Positions 39,401 to 51,400 of a stretch of 60,000 nucleotides of DNA are shown here, piece by piece (position 1 is the stretch's first letter; each line of letters opens with the position of its first letter). The position numbers and the translations under genes are program-made. Under the pieces are notes generated by a model. That model searched no databases. It had not been told where the DNA came from and saw only the letters and a program-made list of their open reading frames with translations. Origin of the DNA: Malacoraja senta (lineage: Eukaryota); contig CM075988.1 of NCBI GenBank assembly GCA_038087875.1, positions 8,000,001 to 8,060,000 of the forward strand. Reading direction: 5' to 3'.

Positions 39401-42400
39401 GTGCTTGGGGAATGACACACAGCACCACAGAAACTGGACAGTGAACAGCAGCACTCACCATCTGGAGATCCCTGCCATGAATTCTGGGATTGAGTACCGA
39501 GTGCAGATCGCAGCCATCAACGGTGCGGGGATCGGAGCGCACACCAAGCCTCAGTATGTCTACCTAGGTCAGTACACAGGGAAGGCCAGTGGCTCATTGA
39601 CACCAGTTTCCCACTCTCTCTCTGTCTCTCTGCCAACCCACCCAAGCCTCTCTCGTTCTGTCACTTGTGCAGGTCAATCTCCAGAATGGAGATGAGGAGG
39701 AATTTCTTCAGCCAGAGGGAGGTGCATCTGTGGATTCATTGCTACAGATGGTCGTGGAGGCCAAGACGTTGGTATTTCTAAAACAGAGATTGATAGATTG
39801 TCGATTAGTAAGGGTGTGACAGGTTACAGGGAGAAGGCAGGAGAATGAGGTTGAGAGGAAAAAAATCGCTCAGCCATGATTGAATGGCGGAGGAGACTCG
39901 ATGATTGAATGGCGGAGGAGACTCGATTGTTGAATGGCATAATTCTGTTCCAATGTCTTATAGAACCATGTGAGACAGAATCTTTATCTGTATTGTAGAC
40001 TCCTAGAAACTCCCAACCAGTTGTGTTTCTACAGTTAAATCAGCTCATCACACATTAACCATATTCCCCAACGTACTGCATTACTGACTGTATCTCTGCT
40101 GATGTTAAATGGACACTACACTGTGGGATAGACACAAAATGCTGGAGTAACTCAGCGGGACAGGCGGTGTCAGACAGCGGGACAGACAGGCGATCTGAAG
40201 AAGGGTCTTGACCCGAAACATCACCCATTCCTTCTTTCCAGAGATGCTGCCCGTCCTGCTGAGTTACTCCAGCATTTTGTGTCTAGCTTCGGTTTAAACC
40301 AGCATCTGCAGTTCCTTCCTACTCCACTGTAGGACTTAGTATTCCTCCCAGCTAGTTTGCTCTATTATTTATCCTCCATTGGTTAATTAATTTGTATATA
40401 ATTAGGCCCTCTGCTTTAATTGAAAATTAGTTAATGCTCTAATTAGAACATTATTCCTTGAAAGATTATACCCACCAAAAATCTTCAGTCCCTGCATTTC
40501 CACTACCTCTCGATTCTCCCAGGGTCCCACGCATCAATGGTGCCCGTCATTCAATAGTTAAACGCATTAAGGCCTTTGTGATAATTTTGCATCACTTTCC
40601 CAGGGTTTTGGAGATGGTGTTTGCACTGGTTATCACCTAATCAAACTCCATAGATCTCAGAATGTTTCCCAAATGTTGGAACGTTGCGAAGGTAACCCCA
40701 CTATTGGAGATAGAAAGGAACCATGGATCAGTTAGTTTGAAATCAATAGTAGGAAAAATCCTGGTATTATTAATTAAGGAAGTGGTAACAGGACATGAGG
40801 AAATAATAATAGGATTGTGCGGAGTCAAAGGTAGACAAAAATGCTGGAGAAACTCAGCGGGTGAGGCAGCATCTATGGAGCAAAGGAAATAGGCAACGTT
40901 TCGGGTCGAAACCCTTCTTCAGACTGATGTGAGGGTGGGGTGGGGGCGGGAGGAAGAAAGGAAGAGGCGGAGCCAGTGGGCTGAGGGAGAGCTGAGGAGG
41001 GGAGGAGAAAGTAGGGACTACCTGAAATTAGAGAAGTCAATGTTCATACCGCTGGGGTGCAAACTGCCCAAGCGAAATATGAGATGCTGCTCCTCCAATT
41101 TACGGTGGTCTACGGTGGTCCTCACTCTGGCCATGGAGGAGGCCCAGGCCAGAAAGGTCGGATTCGGGATGGGAGGGGGAGTCAACGTTGATTTAGTAAA
41201 GGGAAATGGCATTAAACAAAACTAAAGAGTTTTTGAAGTTGCAACAAGCAGAATGTAAAGGAAACCCAGAGGATGTGGTGTGCATGGACATCTAGAAGAC
41301 TAAGTTTGTGTATAGAAGATAATGAAGCAAAATTGGGGGTGATGTACCGACCTTGATGGATGCTTGGAAAGAAGACTAGGAATCAATGGGTCATATTTGG
41401 ATTGCAAGGCTGCTGTCGGCACCTGCCTGTAGGTGTCCTGGCTATTTATAATGGGCCACTCCTGAAATAATATATAATGTAAGAAATAGAAGTTGGAGGA
41501 GGCCATTCAATCCCTCTTACCTGTGTCATCAGTCAGTAAGAACACGGCTAACCTGTTACCTTGGCACCACTTTCCTGTACTAATCCTATATTCACTGCTT
41601 CCCTATCAAAGAGAAACTACCAGGTCTGTCTTGAATATATCCATTCACAGAGCTTCCACAAACTCTTGGAGGTAGAATTGGCAGTATTCCCAGAATAGGC
41701 TGGTCAGGCTGCATTTGGAGTACTGTAAGCAAATGTGAGCCCCATGTCAGAGGAAGGATGTGCTGGCTCTGGAGAGAGGGTCCAGAGGAGGTTTACAAGA
41801 ATGATTCTGGAAATGAGTGGGTTAGCATATGATGAGCATTTGATGACACTGTGCCTCTACTCGCTGGAGTTTAGAAGGTTGAGGGGGGACCTCATTGAAA
41901 CTTACAGAATAATGAAAGGCATAGATAGAGTGGATGTGGAAATTATGTTTCCACTGGTGGGAGAGTCCAGGACCAGAGGTCATAGCCTCAGAATTAAAGG
42001 GCGCTCTGTTAGAATGGTGGTGAGGAGGAACTTCTTTAGTCAGAGGGTAGTTAATCTGTAGAACTCATTGCCACAGAGAGCTATGGAGGCAAAGTCAATG
42101 GATATTTTTAGGGCAGAGAAAACAAATTCTTGATTAGAACGGGTGTCAAAGGTTATGGGGACAAGGCAGGAAAATAGGATAGGAGGCAGAGATCATCCAC
42201 GATTGAAAGACAGAGTAGACTTGATGGGCCGAATGGCCTAATTCTACTCCTATAACTTGTGAACTTGTGAATTCCAAAGATTCATGACTCCCTGCTTGAT
42301 AAACCTATGACCTCTGCCTGAATGGCCAACCCCTTATGTTGAGACATCGATGTCTGGTTCTGCAGTAAATATTCTTAACAGAGTAAACACGGTCCTTGCA

Positions 42401-45400
42401 ACCGGTCTGTCAAGCCTCTAGAATTTTGTACCTCGGCACAGATGATGTATGGACGGCACAGGATTCAATCCTGATGACGGATGCTGTCTGCGTGGAGTTT
42501 GCACGTTCTCCCTGTGACAATGTTGGTTTCCTCCGGGTGCTCCGGTTTCACCCACATCCCAAAGACGTGCGGGTTTATAGGTTAATTGGCTTCTGTAAAT
42601 TGCCCCTAGTGTGTAGGAAGCACATACATAACATAGAACTAGTTATAGAATTAATGTACGAGTTTGACTTAGTCGGCTGAAGGCCTGTTTCTATGCTGTA
42701 TCTCTAAAACTAAAACTAAAATTATCTCAAGGTATTCTCCTCTCCTAAATTTAAGCAATTTACTTAATTTCTCAACTGACTAACACCCTATATTGGAATC
42801 ACCTTGGTGAACCTGCATTGGGTTCTCCTCATTGCAAGAATATCCTTCCTTCGGGTTGAGACTTTGTACACAATATTCCAGGTGTCGTCTCCCCAGGGCT
42901 GCAAATATCTTCACTCTTGTGCTCACATCTTCTGCACACACCATCTGCCCTCCTAATTACATTGCGGTGCTGGCTCGAAGGGCCGAATGGCCTACTCCTG
43001 CACCTATTGTCTATTGTCTATTGTCTACATGCTGTACCTATGTGGTAACGTTCACTGATGCATGTACCTAGCTCTCTCCTACATCTGAGGCAAGTACCAA
43101 ACTAGTGAGTCAGAGTGACTTATGCTGTCTCTGATACCTCTGTGAAGGTGTCATGTCCCACTCCCAAAGCTAATGGGGGAGTAATGGAGTCAATGTCTTG
43201 AAGTAAACCATAGTGGACCCACATATACCCCAGCACACCTCATATAAACCCCACACACTCTGAATTGAAGGACAATAAATTGGGGTTTTGGTAGTAGTCT
43301 CTGTCTGTTTTGTGTTTCTACCTTTGAAGACTTTTGAATAATCTCTGGGCTGTGCTCCACCTTTGCGACTAGATTAGTTTATAGTTTGGAGCAGGCCTTT
43401 CAGCCCACCGGGTCTGCACCGACCAACTAGCTCTATCCAACAAACTAGGGACAATTTACAATCTTTACCGAAACCAATTAACCTACAAACCTGTACGTCT
43501 TTGGAGTGTGGGAGGAAACCAGAGCAACTGGGGAAAACCCACGCCGTCATGGGGAGATCGTACAAACTTCATACAGACAGCACCCGTAGTCAGGATCGAA
43601 CCCAGGGCTCTGACACTATAAGGCAACAACTCCACTACTGGGCCACTGTGATGCCCCTAGTCTTGAGGTTTAGTCCGAGTGTCTGAAGTTTGGAGCCCAA
43701 ATCAAGTGGTTGTTCAAATTGTCTATACTTTGCTTCTGAGAAACAGCTACATAACTAAAGGTAACACTGCAAGGTTATCCCTGTTCTTCCCAATAGTTCA
43801 GGGTTATGTAGGAGATCTTGTAATGACTGGAAGAGGAGCAAGTATATTCCATTAAGGGCCCTGTCCCACTTTCACGACCTAATTCACGACTTCTGCCGAG
43901 TTTGCCCTTGACTCATACTCGCAGCATGGTCGTCACAAGGTCGTAGGAGGTCATAGGTAGGTCGTAGCAGGCCGTGATGCTAGTCGTAGGTACTCGTGGC
44001 ATCAAGTAGGTCGGGGCGTTTTTCTAGCCTGATGAAAAATGTCCAGGAGTAAAAAAGGTCGTGAATTAGGTCGTGAAAGTGGGACAGGCCCTTAAGTCTT
44101 GGAGAACATGGACAGGTGACATTTTGGGGTCGGAACTCTTCTTCAGACAATGTAGATCCAGCAGAGAACAAAGTGAGGTTGAGGTCCATTGTAGGTCTGG
44201 GTGAGTGAGGCCCGGAGCTGCTGGAGAGGCAGAGTGAGGGTCTGCTGGTTCCGGTGCATGGCGGACCGTGTAGAACGCAGGGCACACAAGGAGAACTGTT
44301 GCAAGAAGCGGTGGATTGAGTGCAGCTGCCTGAAATCCCGGTCGGGCCTGAAATGGGTGTGTTGCAAATGGAGCTGGAAGCCATGTGGCACAAGATGGCT
44401 GTGCAGGCAAGTGTTGAGGAAACAATGTCCGGGTCAGAAACTGGCAGCCTTCTTCTCCCTTGACTTGGAGTTCCCATCCCTTTGAACAGAAGCCCTGTAC
44501 CCCAATCTGGAGTACCCTCCTCCGAACCAACACCATTCCCTCTCCCTTCTCCATCATCACCAGTAGCAACCTCATCATTCCGTCTTATAACAGCTCTCTC
44601 GTCCCCTCCCCTTGCACCCATCTCCTGCGGCAAGTAGCAGCAAAAGAAGGATTGATTGCTCAGTTACAACTGTCAACATAATGTTCTGGTAGAAGATTAA
44701 TAGTCACCATATTTTTCTGTTTGTGCTGATAGTTAATTTTGGCGGAAACGCCTCTATGTTTTCAAGTGATGTGCTGAGCAAAATGCGGCCTTTTGTCTGA
44801 ACTATTCAACTCCCCGCATGGGATATTAAATACTGCCTGTGCGATATACATGTTTGAAGCTGCCTGTGTAATTCTTAATCTCACAAGCGGTGGATTGAAG
44901 CCTGCACAAGTCATGAAAAGGTTATTTTATGTGATTATGAAATGCAGCAATCTCATTTTGTTTAAATAATGAAAAATCTATTCATTTATCCATTGTTGAT
45001 TCTCCCTGCGCTGTTCTGCGGCTTTATAATGAGCCGAGCAGAAAACAATCATTTATCATTCATCGCAGGGTTGAGACAGAGTTATTTCACATCATGTTGG
45101 ATACTCGGTTGGAGATGGGGAAACAGGAATTGTGTACATTACATGCTCACCTCCCTCATTCATCTCCATCACTCTCCCAGGATGGGCCGCCAGTAGACCC
45201 AATCCCATTTTACATCTGCGGCCCTGTTAAAAGTAAAACAAACAAGACTGAATAATCCCAAAGGTGGGAGTATTTTACAGAACCAGAGCAGTAAAATCAT
45301 TGCAGCTTCTAAGTTCATGTCATAGAAGCAGAATTAGGCTGTTCGTAAGTTTAAAGGAGCAGAATTAGGCCATTCAGCCCATCTAGTCTACTCAACCATT

Positions 45401-48400
45401 CAATCACAGTTGATCTATTTTTCCCTCTCAACCCCATTCTCCTGCCTTCCCTCCCCCATAACCGTTGCCACCCGTACTAATCAAGAACCTGTCAATCTCC
45501 GCTTTAAAAATACCCAATGACTTGCCCTCCACAGCATCTGTGGCAATGAATTCCACAGATTCACCACCCTCTGATTAACAAAATTCCTCCTTATCTCCTT
45601 TCTAAAGGTGCGTCCATTTATTGTGAGGCGGTGGCCTCTGGTCCAAGACTCTCCACAAGTGGTAACATCCGCTCCACATCTATTCTATCCAGGCCAGTAA
45701 AACACAATGAAAGTCCCCACTAGATCTAATTACACACAGTTTAACACTAGCGATTTAGAACATACAACATAGAACAGAACAGCTCAGGAACAGGCACTTC
45801 AGTCCACAGTCTGTGCTGAATATGTTGCTGAATATGAAAACTGATCTCATCTGCCTGCATGGGATCCATATCCCTCCATTATCTGTGTGTCTATCTAAAA
45901 ACCCCTTAACTGTTACTGTCATATCAGCTTCCACTAGCACCACTGGCAGCGTGTTCCAGGCACCAATCATGTGTGTGTGTCTGCATGTATGTGTGTCTGC
46001 GTGTATCTGCATCTGTGTGTGTGTCTGTGTATCTGTGTGCATGCATGTGTGTGTCTGCGTGTCTGTGTGTCTTTGTCTGTCTGTGTGAGTTTATGTCTGT
46101 GTCTGTGTCTGTCTGTGTCTGTGTGTGTCGGTGTCTGTGTCTGTGTGCAGGCACGGAAATCGCTATCAAAACAGGTGGGGGACACAATTTCTTGGCGGCC
46201 GCATGCACGCGCGCGCACACACACACACACATACACACACACACACACACACACGAGGCTTCGGCCGTGGGCCCTGTGGACGGTAACATCGGGAGCTGAC
46301 CTGATTGGTGACCGACTCCAAACTCCAGCAACAGCAGCTTTGTCCGCCCCGAATCGTGGGGCTTGAATCGGCCCGTTCACGGGGTCTTTCGTCGGCCGGC
46401 GGGGGCTTCAACATCAGGAGCCTCGATCGCCTCGATGCAGCAGTTTGAATTTAAGCCGCGCCGTGCGCTGAAAGGCCCCGCGAACAGGTCGATTCAGCCC
46501 TTAGAAAGCGGCTGATAAAGTCCGGATTACAAAACATTGGGTGGGGGGGGGGGGGGATTGTCCCCCACCTCTCAAAGCGGGGGGGGGGGAGACGTATCCC
46601 CCTGTCCCCCCAGGATTTCCGCCCCTGTGTGTGTGTGTGTGTGCGCATGTCTGTGTGTCCGCGTGCGTGTGTCCGCGTGCGCATGTGTGTCCGCGTGCGC
46701 ATGTGTGCGTGCGTGTGTCCGCGTGTCTGTGTCCGCGTGCGTGTACCCATATAAAAAATATTTCCTCGTACTTCTCTTTCAAACTTTGCCCCTCTCACCT
46801 CAAAGCTATGACCTTGTCTTCCACCCTGGGAAGAACATGCTGACTGTCGACCCAATCTATGCCTCTCAAAATGTGCACACTTCTATAAGGTCTCCCCGCA
46901 ACCTCTGGAGTTCCAGAGAAAATAACCCAAGTTTTTCCAACATCTCCTTGTAGCTAATACCGTCTAATCCAGGCAGTACTCTTGTTGTGAATCTTTACCT
47001 TGTTTTCTTTCCATCCTAGACCCTTTGGGGCAGGAGACGTCACCGGAGTCTTCGACCTTTGGGCTGGTGCTGGAGTTTGTCAGGCAGCCGGTGTTCATTG
47101 CAAGTGCTGGGAGCGTGATCTGGGTCATCCTGGTGGTGCTCAGTGTGTGTCTGTACTGTCGCCGGGCAAAACAGGGCCACCTTCAGAAGAAACACAAGCT
47201 GAGCAAAGGTGAGAGAAACATGATGGCAATTTATCATCAGAGTCACTGCACACCTTAAAACTGGTGACTTGGCGAAGGGTTAATTAGAGCTGAGGACAAC
47301 TAGGTTGATGGAACCCAACCGTGAAGAGGGTCCATCCTCTAGCTTCACAACTCGCAACTCTTCAATCCTTTTGTCTCACACCTTCTGTCTTTTCATCTCT
47401 TGCCTTTGTCCAATCATCTGCCCATCAAAAGCCCTCCTCACCTGTATAAACCTATTACGTGCCTGGCTTTGTTCTGCCCCTCCTCTCTTCAAGCTTTCTT
47501 ACCCCCTCGACAATCAGTCTGAATAAAGGCCCTGGCCCAAAACATCACCAGTCCATGTTCACCAGAGATGTGGCCTGACCTGGTGAGTTGCTCCTGCACT
47601 TTGTGTCCTCTTTGAAGAGGCTCAGATTTTCATTTAGAACAGCACGGGCACAATGTTTGTGCCAGACATGATGCCAAGTTAAACTGATCTAATCTTGCCT
47701 GTACATAATCTATATCCCTCTATTCCCCACACTTCCATGTGCCTACCTAAATGCCTCTTAAAAGCCACTATGATATCTGCCTTCACCACCACCCCCGGCA
47801 TTGTGTTCTAGGCCCCCACTACACTTTGTGTAAAAGAACTTGCCTGTACATCTCCATTAAACTCCCCCCCCCCCCCCTCACCTTATAGCTATGCCCTCTA
47901 CTGTTGGACATTTCCACCCTGGGGAAAAGTTCTGACTGTCTACCCTATCTATGCCTCTAGTAATTTCATATACTTTATCAAGTCCACTCAACATCTGACT
48001 TTCCAGAAAAAAACAATCCAAGTCTATACAACCTCTTCCTGTGACTGGAACACCCTAATCCAGTCAGGATTCTAGCAAGCCTCCTCTGCACCCTCTCAAA
48101 AACCTCCTCATCTTTCCTGTAATGGGCCACCAGAACTGCACATAAGACTAAACGTGGCCGAACCAAAGTATTATGATGCTGCATCATGACTTCCTGACTC
48201 TTGTACCCTGCCCCTGGCAATGAACCTTACACCCTCGCTACTTGTGGTGCCACCTTCAGTGAGCTATCAACTTGGACTCCAAGTATTCTCGGGACATCAA
48301 TGCTGTTAAGGGCCAATCTCCCAAAGTGCAACACATCACACTTGCTCGGGTGAAAATCCATCTGACATTTCTTCACCCATTTCTGCAGCTGATCCATCTA

Positions 48401-51400
48401 CATTCTGCTGTACCTTCTAACAAGCTTCCTCACTGTCTGGCATTGTCTGCAAACTTACTCACCAACCCATCTGCATTTACATTTACTGCATTCCCGGTCA
48501 TTTATATACAGTATATCATGAACAGCAGAGATCCCTGCGGAACTCCTGGTCACAGACCTCCAGCCAGGATACCTTCCTTCCACCACAACCCTCTGTCTTC
48601 TATGAATAAGCCAGATCTGAATCCATACAACCAAGTCATTGTGAATCCCCTACATCTTAATCCTCTGTATCAGCCTTCATGAGGGAGACATCAAAAACCT
48701 TACTGATCGGGCATCTTTTAAGTTAACTTCTCTCTATTGTGGTGCTGGTGAAGAGAGTTTCCAAACAAATGAAAACAAAATGATGTTCCCTTCATCTCTT
48801 TATCTTTCTTCTTTTTCTTCTTTACTCTTCACCTTCACTTTTCTCTCCATCTCTCTCTGCTTCTCCGCTTTCCTCCTTTAAATTCCATCCATCATTTTCC
48901 TTCCATAATTGTCTATCCCCGCCCCCTTATCTTCCATCTCAGAATATTGTCCTCCCTTTACTTCTGTCGCTCCTTCTTGTTATTTCTGCTTCCTTCATCA
49001 CTCCTGTTTCCCCACTCCTGCACATCGACGTCTCATAGTCCACTTTCCCAACTAACTCTCAATGCGCGACATTAAGCAAACGTTGCACCGTGACTAACCA
49101 CTAGGTGGAGCATGCGTGCTACTGACAGACTGTAAACCCGATCTGTGGGAGCCCTTGGGATGCTCTTTATATCTGTTCTGATAATGTGTTCAACACAGCC
49201 AATTCCTCTTAAAATAATGACTCCCCTGCCTAACCAAATAATGCAGGTACCAAGCATGAGTGCTTATTCTCCAAGGGACACAAGAAATGATTGGGGAGTC
49301 CATACATGGAAACATGAGGGGTCAAAACTGTGTTCTTGAATCCTAAAGATATTGGGGAACGCATGATTTTTCATGATTGTTTTGAAACTGGACCTATGTC
49401 AGTGCTCAAACCAGGGATGCATCAAAGTTCAAACGTCCAATGGTTCTTTAATGTCACGTGTGCACTGCACGGTGAAATTCTTTTTGCATAGATCACACTT
49501 GCACGAGTCGCCATAACTTGGCAGCATTTACAAAAAAATCCAAAGTCCGGTCCAAGCGCTCAGTGTACTGGAGCAGCTCCCGATCTAGGTAAGCCCCAGG
49601 CTGCTGCAGGGCCTCCGTCATTCAAGGAGTTAATCGTCACAGTATTACTTGCAAAGCATAGAAGGAAACAGTCCCAATGTGAGCAAATCAGATGAGCATA
49701 AATGGGCAAAATGGTTAGCATGGATGTGATGGGCTGAAGGGCTCGTTACTGTGTTGTATGACCCTATGATANNNNNNNNNNNNNNNNNNNNNNNNNNNNN
49801 NNNNNNNNNNNNNNNNNNNNNNNNNNNNNNNNNNNNNNNNNNNNNNNNNNNNNNNNNNNNNNNNNNNNNNNNNNNNNNNNNNNNNNNNNNNNNNNNNNNN
49901 NNNNNNNNNNNNNNNNNNNNNNNNNNNNNNNNNNNNNNNNNNNNNNNNNNNNNNNNNNNNNNNNNNNNNNNAGAATATGCAATGTAGCGTTTTATCCAAA
50001 TTATGGTTGGCATCAATTTTGACAGGATATAGCCGCATAACAAGAATAGAGCCAGAAAAATGTAAGCAATAGGATTTGTTTTTGCAAAACTCGCCATTGG
50101 GTGGAGTGCTGTAATGATTCTCTTGTTCCAAATGGAAACAGAGGAAAGCACTCAAGTTCGTAAGTCATAAAGCAGAATTAGGCCATTTGGCCCATTGATT
50201 CTACTCCACCATTCAATTATGGCTCTCAACTCCATTCTCCTGCCTTAAAAATACCCAATGACTTGGCCTCCACAGCCATCCGTGGCAATGAATTCCACAG
50301 ATTCACCACCGTCTGACTAAAGAAATTCCCCCACATCTCCTTTCTAAAGGTACAGTACATCCTTTTATTCATGGCGCTGCTCTCTGGTCCAAGACTCTCC
50401 CACCAGTAGAATCATCCTCTCCACCCACAACAGGGCACAACTTTTGTGTCAGAAGGAACTGCAGATGCTGGTTTACACTGAAGATAGACACAAAATGCTG
50501 GAGTAACTCAGCGGGGCAGGCAGCATCTCTGGAGAAAAGGAATAGGTGACGTTTCGGGTCGAGACCTTTCTTCAGACTCAAGGAATAACACTTCGGGTCT
50601 CGACCCGAAACGTCACCCATTCCTTCTCTTCGAGGATGCTGCCTGACCCGTTCAGCTATTCCAGCATTTTGTGTCGCACTCCTTGACTAGACTACTGTAG
50701 AAGTTCCATGTGGGGAAGGATTATTTCCATTTTACTAATTCATGTTATTTGTGCCTCGCAGGCATGTACAAGTGGGCTAACGACGACATTATAATCAAAC
50801 ACAGGTAAGCTGGGCCAGGATGAGTGATGGTTTGCATTTACTGCTCATGAAACAGTTATCTGACAACCTCTTCTTGATTTAAACCAGGATGAACCTGACA
50901 GATTCGCCTTGGCTGTCCAACTCTTGGAAGTCAAACAGCTGCTCCAAGAACCTCAGTGCCGGGAGTCGCCGTCCTCTCTGGCTGCACAGCTGGGAGAACC
51001 AGACGTACAGAGAAATAGGTAAGCGTCTTCGGCAGTGGTACACCAGCGCATCCACTACGAAGAATTTCACTGTACCTAGATACATGTGACAATGAACGCA
51101 ATGGTAACATTTATTTCAAGAGGGCAAGAATACAAAAACTGGGATGTTAAGGCCTGTCCCACTTTCACAACCTAATTCACGACCTTTTTTACTCGTGAAC
51201 ATTTTACATCAGGCTAGAAAAAACACCCCGACCTACTTGATGCCACGAGTACCTACGACTAGCATCACGGCCTGCTACGACCTACCTACGACCTCCTACG
51301 ACCTCGTGACGACCATGCTGCAAGTACGAGTCAAGGACAAACTCGGCAGTGGTCGTGAATTAGGTCGTGAAAGTGGGACAGGCCCTTAATGCTGAGTGTT

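Noticed and set aside
39877..39926. Short tandem duplications (also at about 28439-28500)
   Set aside because: They are local slippage duplications inside transposon remnants, with no sign of function.
49645..50155. ORFs spanning the N run, and a possible exon hidden in the gap
   Set aside because: The ORFs are gap artefacts. The flanking exons (47208 and 50762) already join in phase and match the Robo4-like sequence, so no missing exon is required, though one cannot be excluded.
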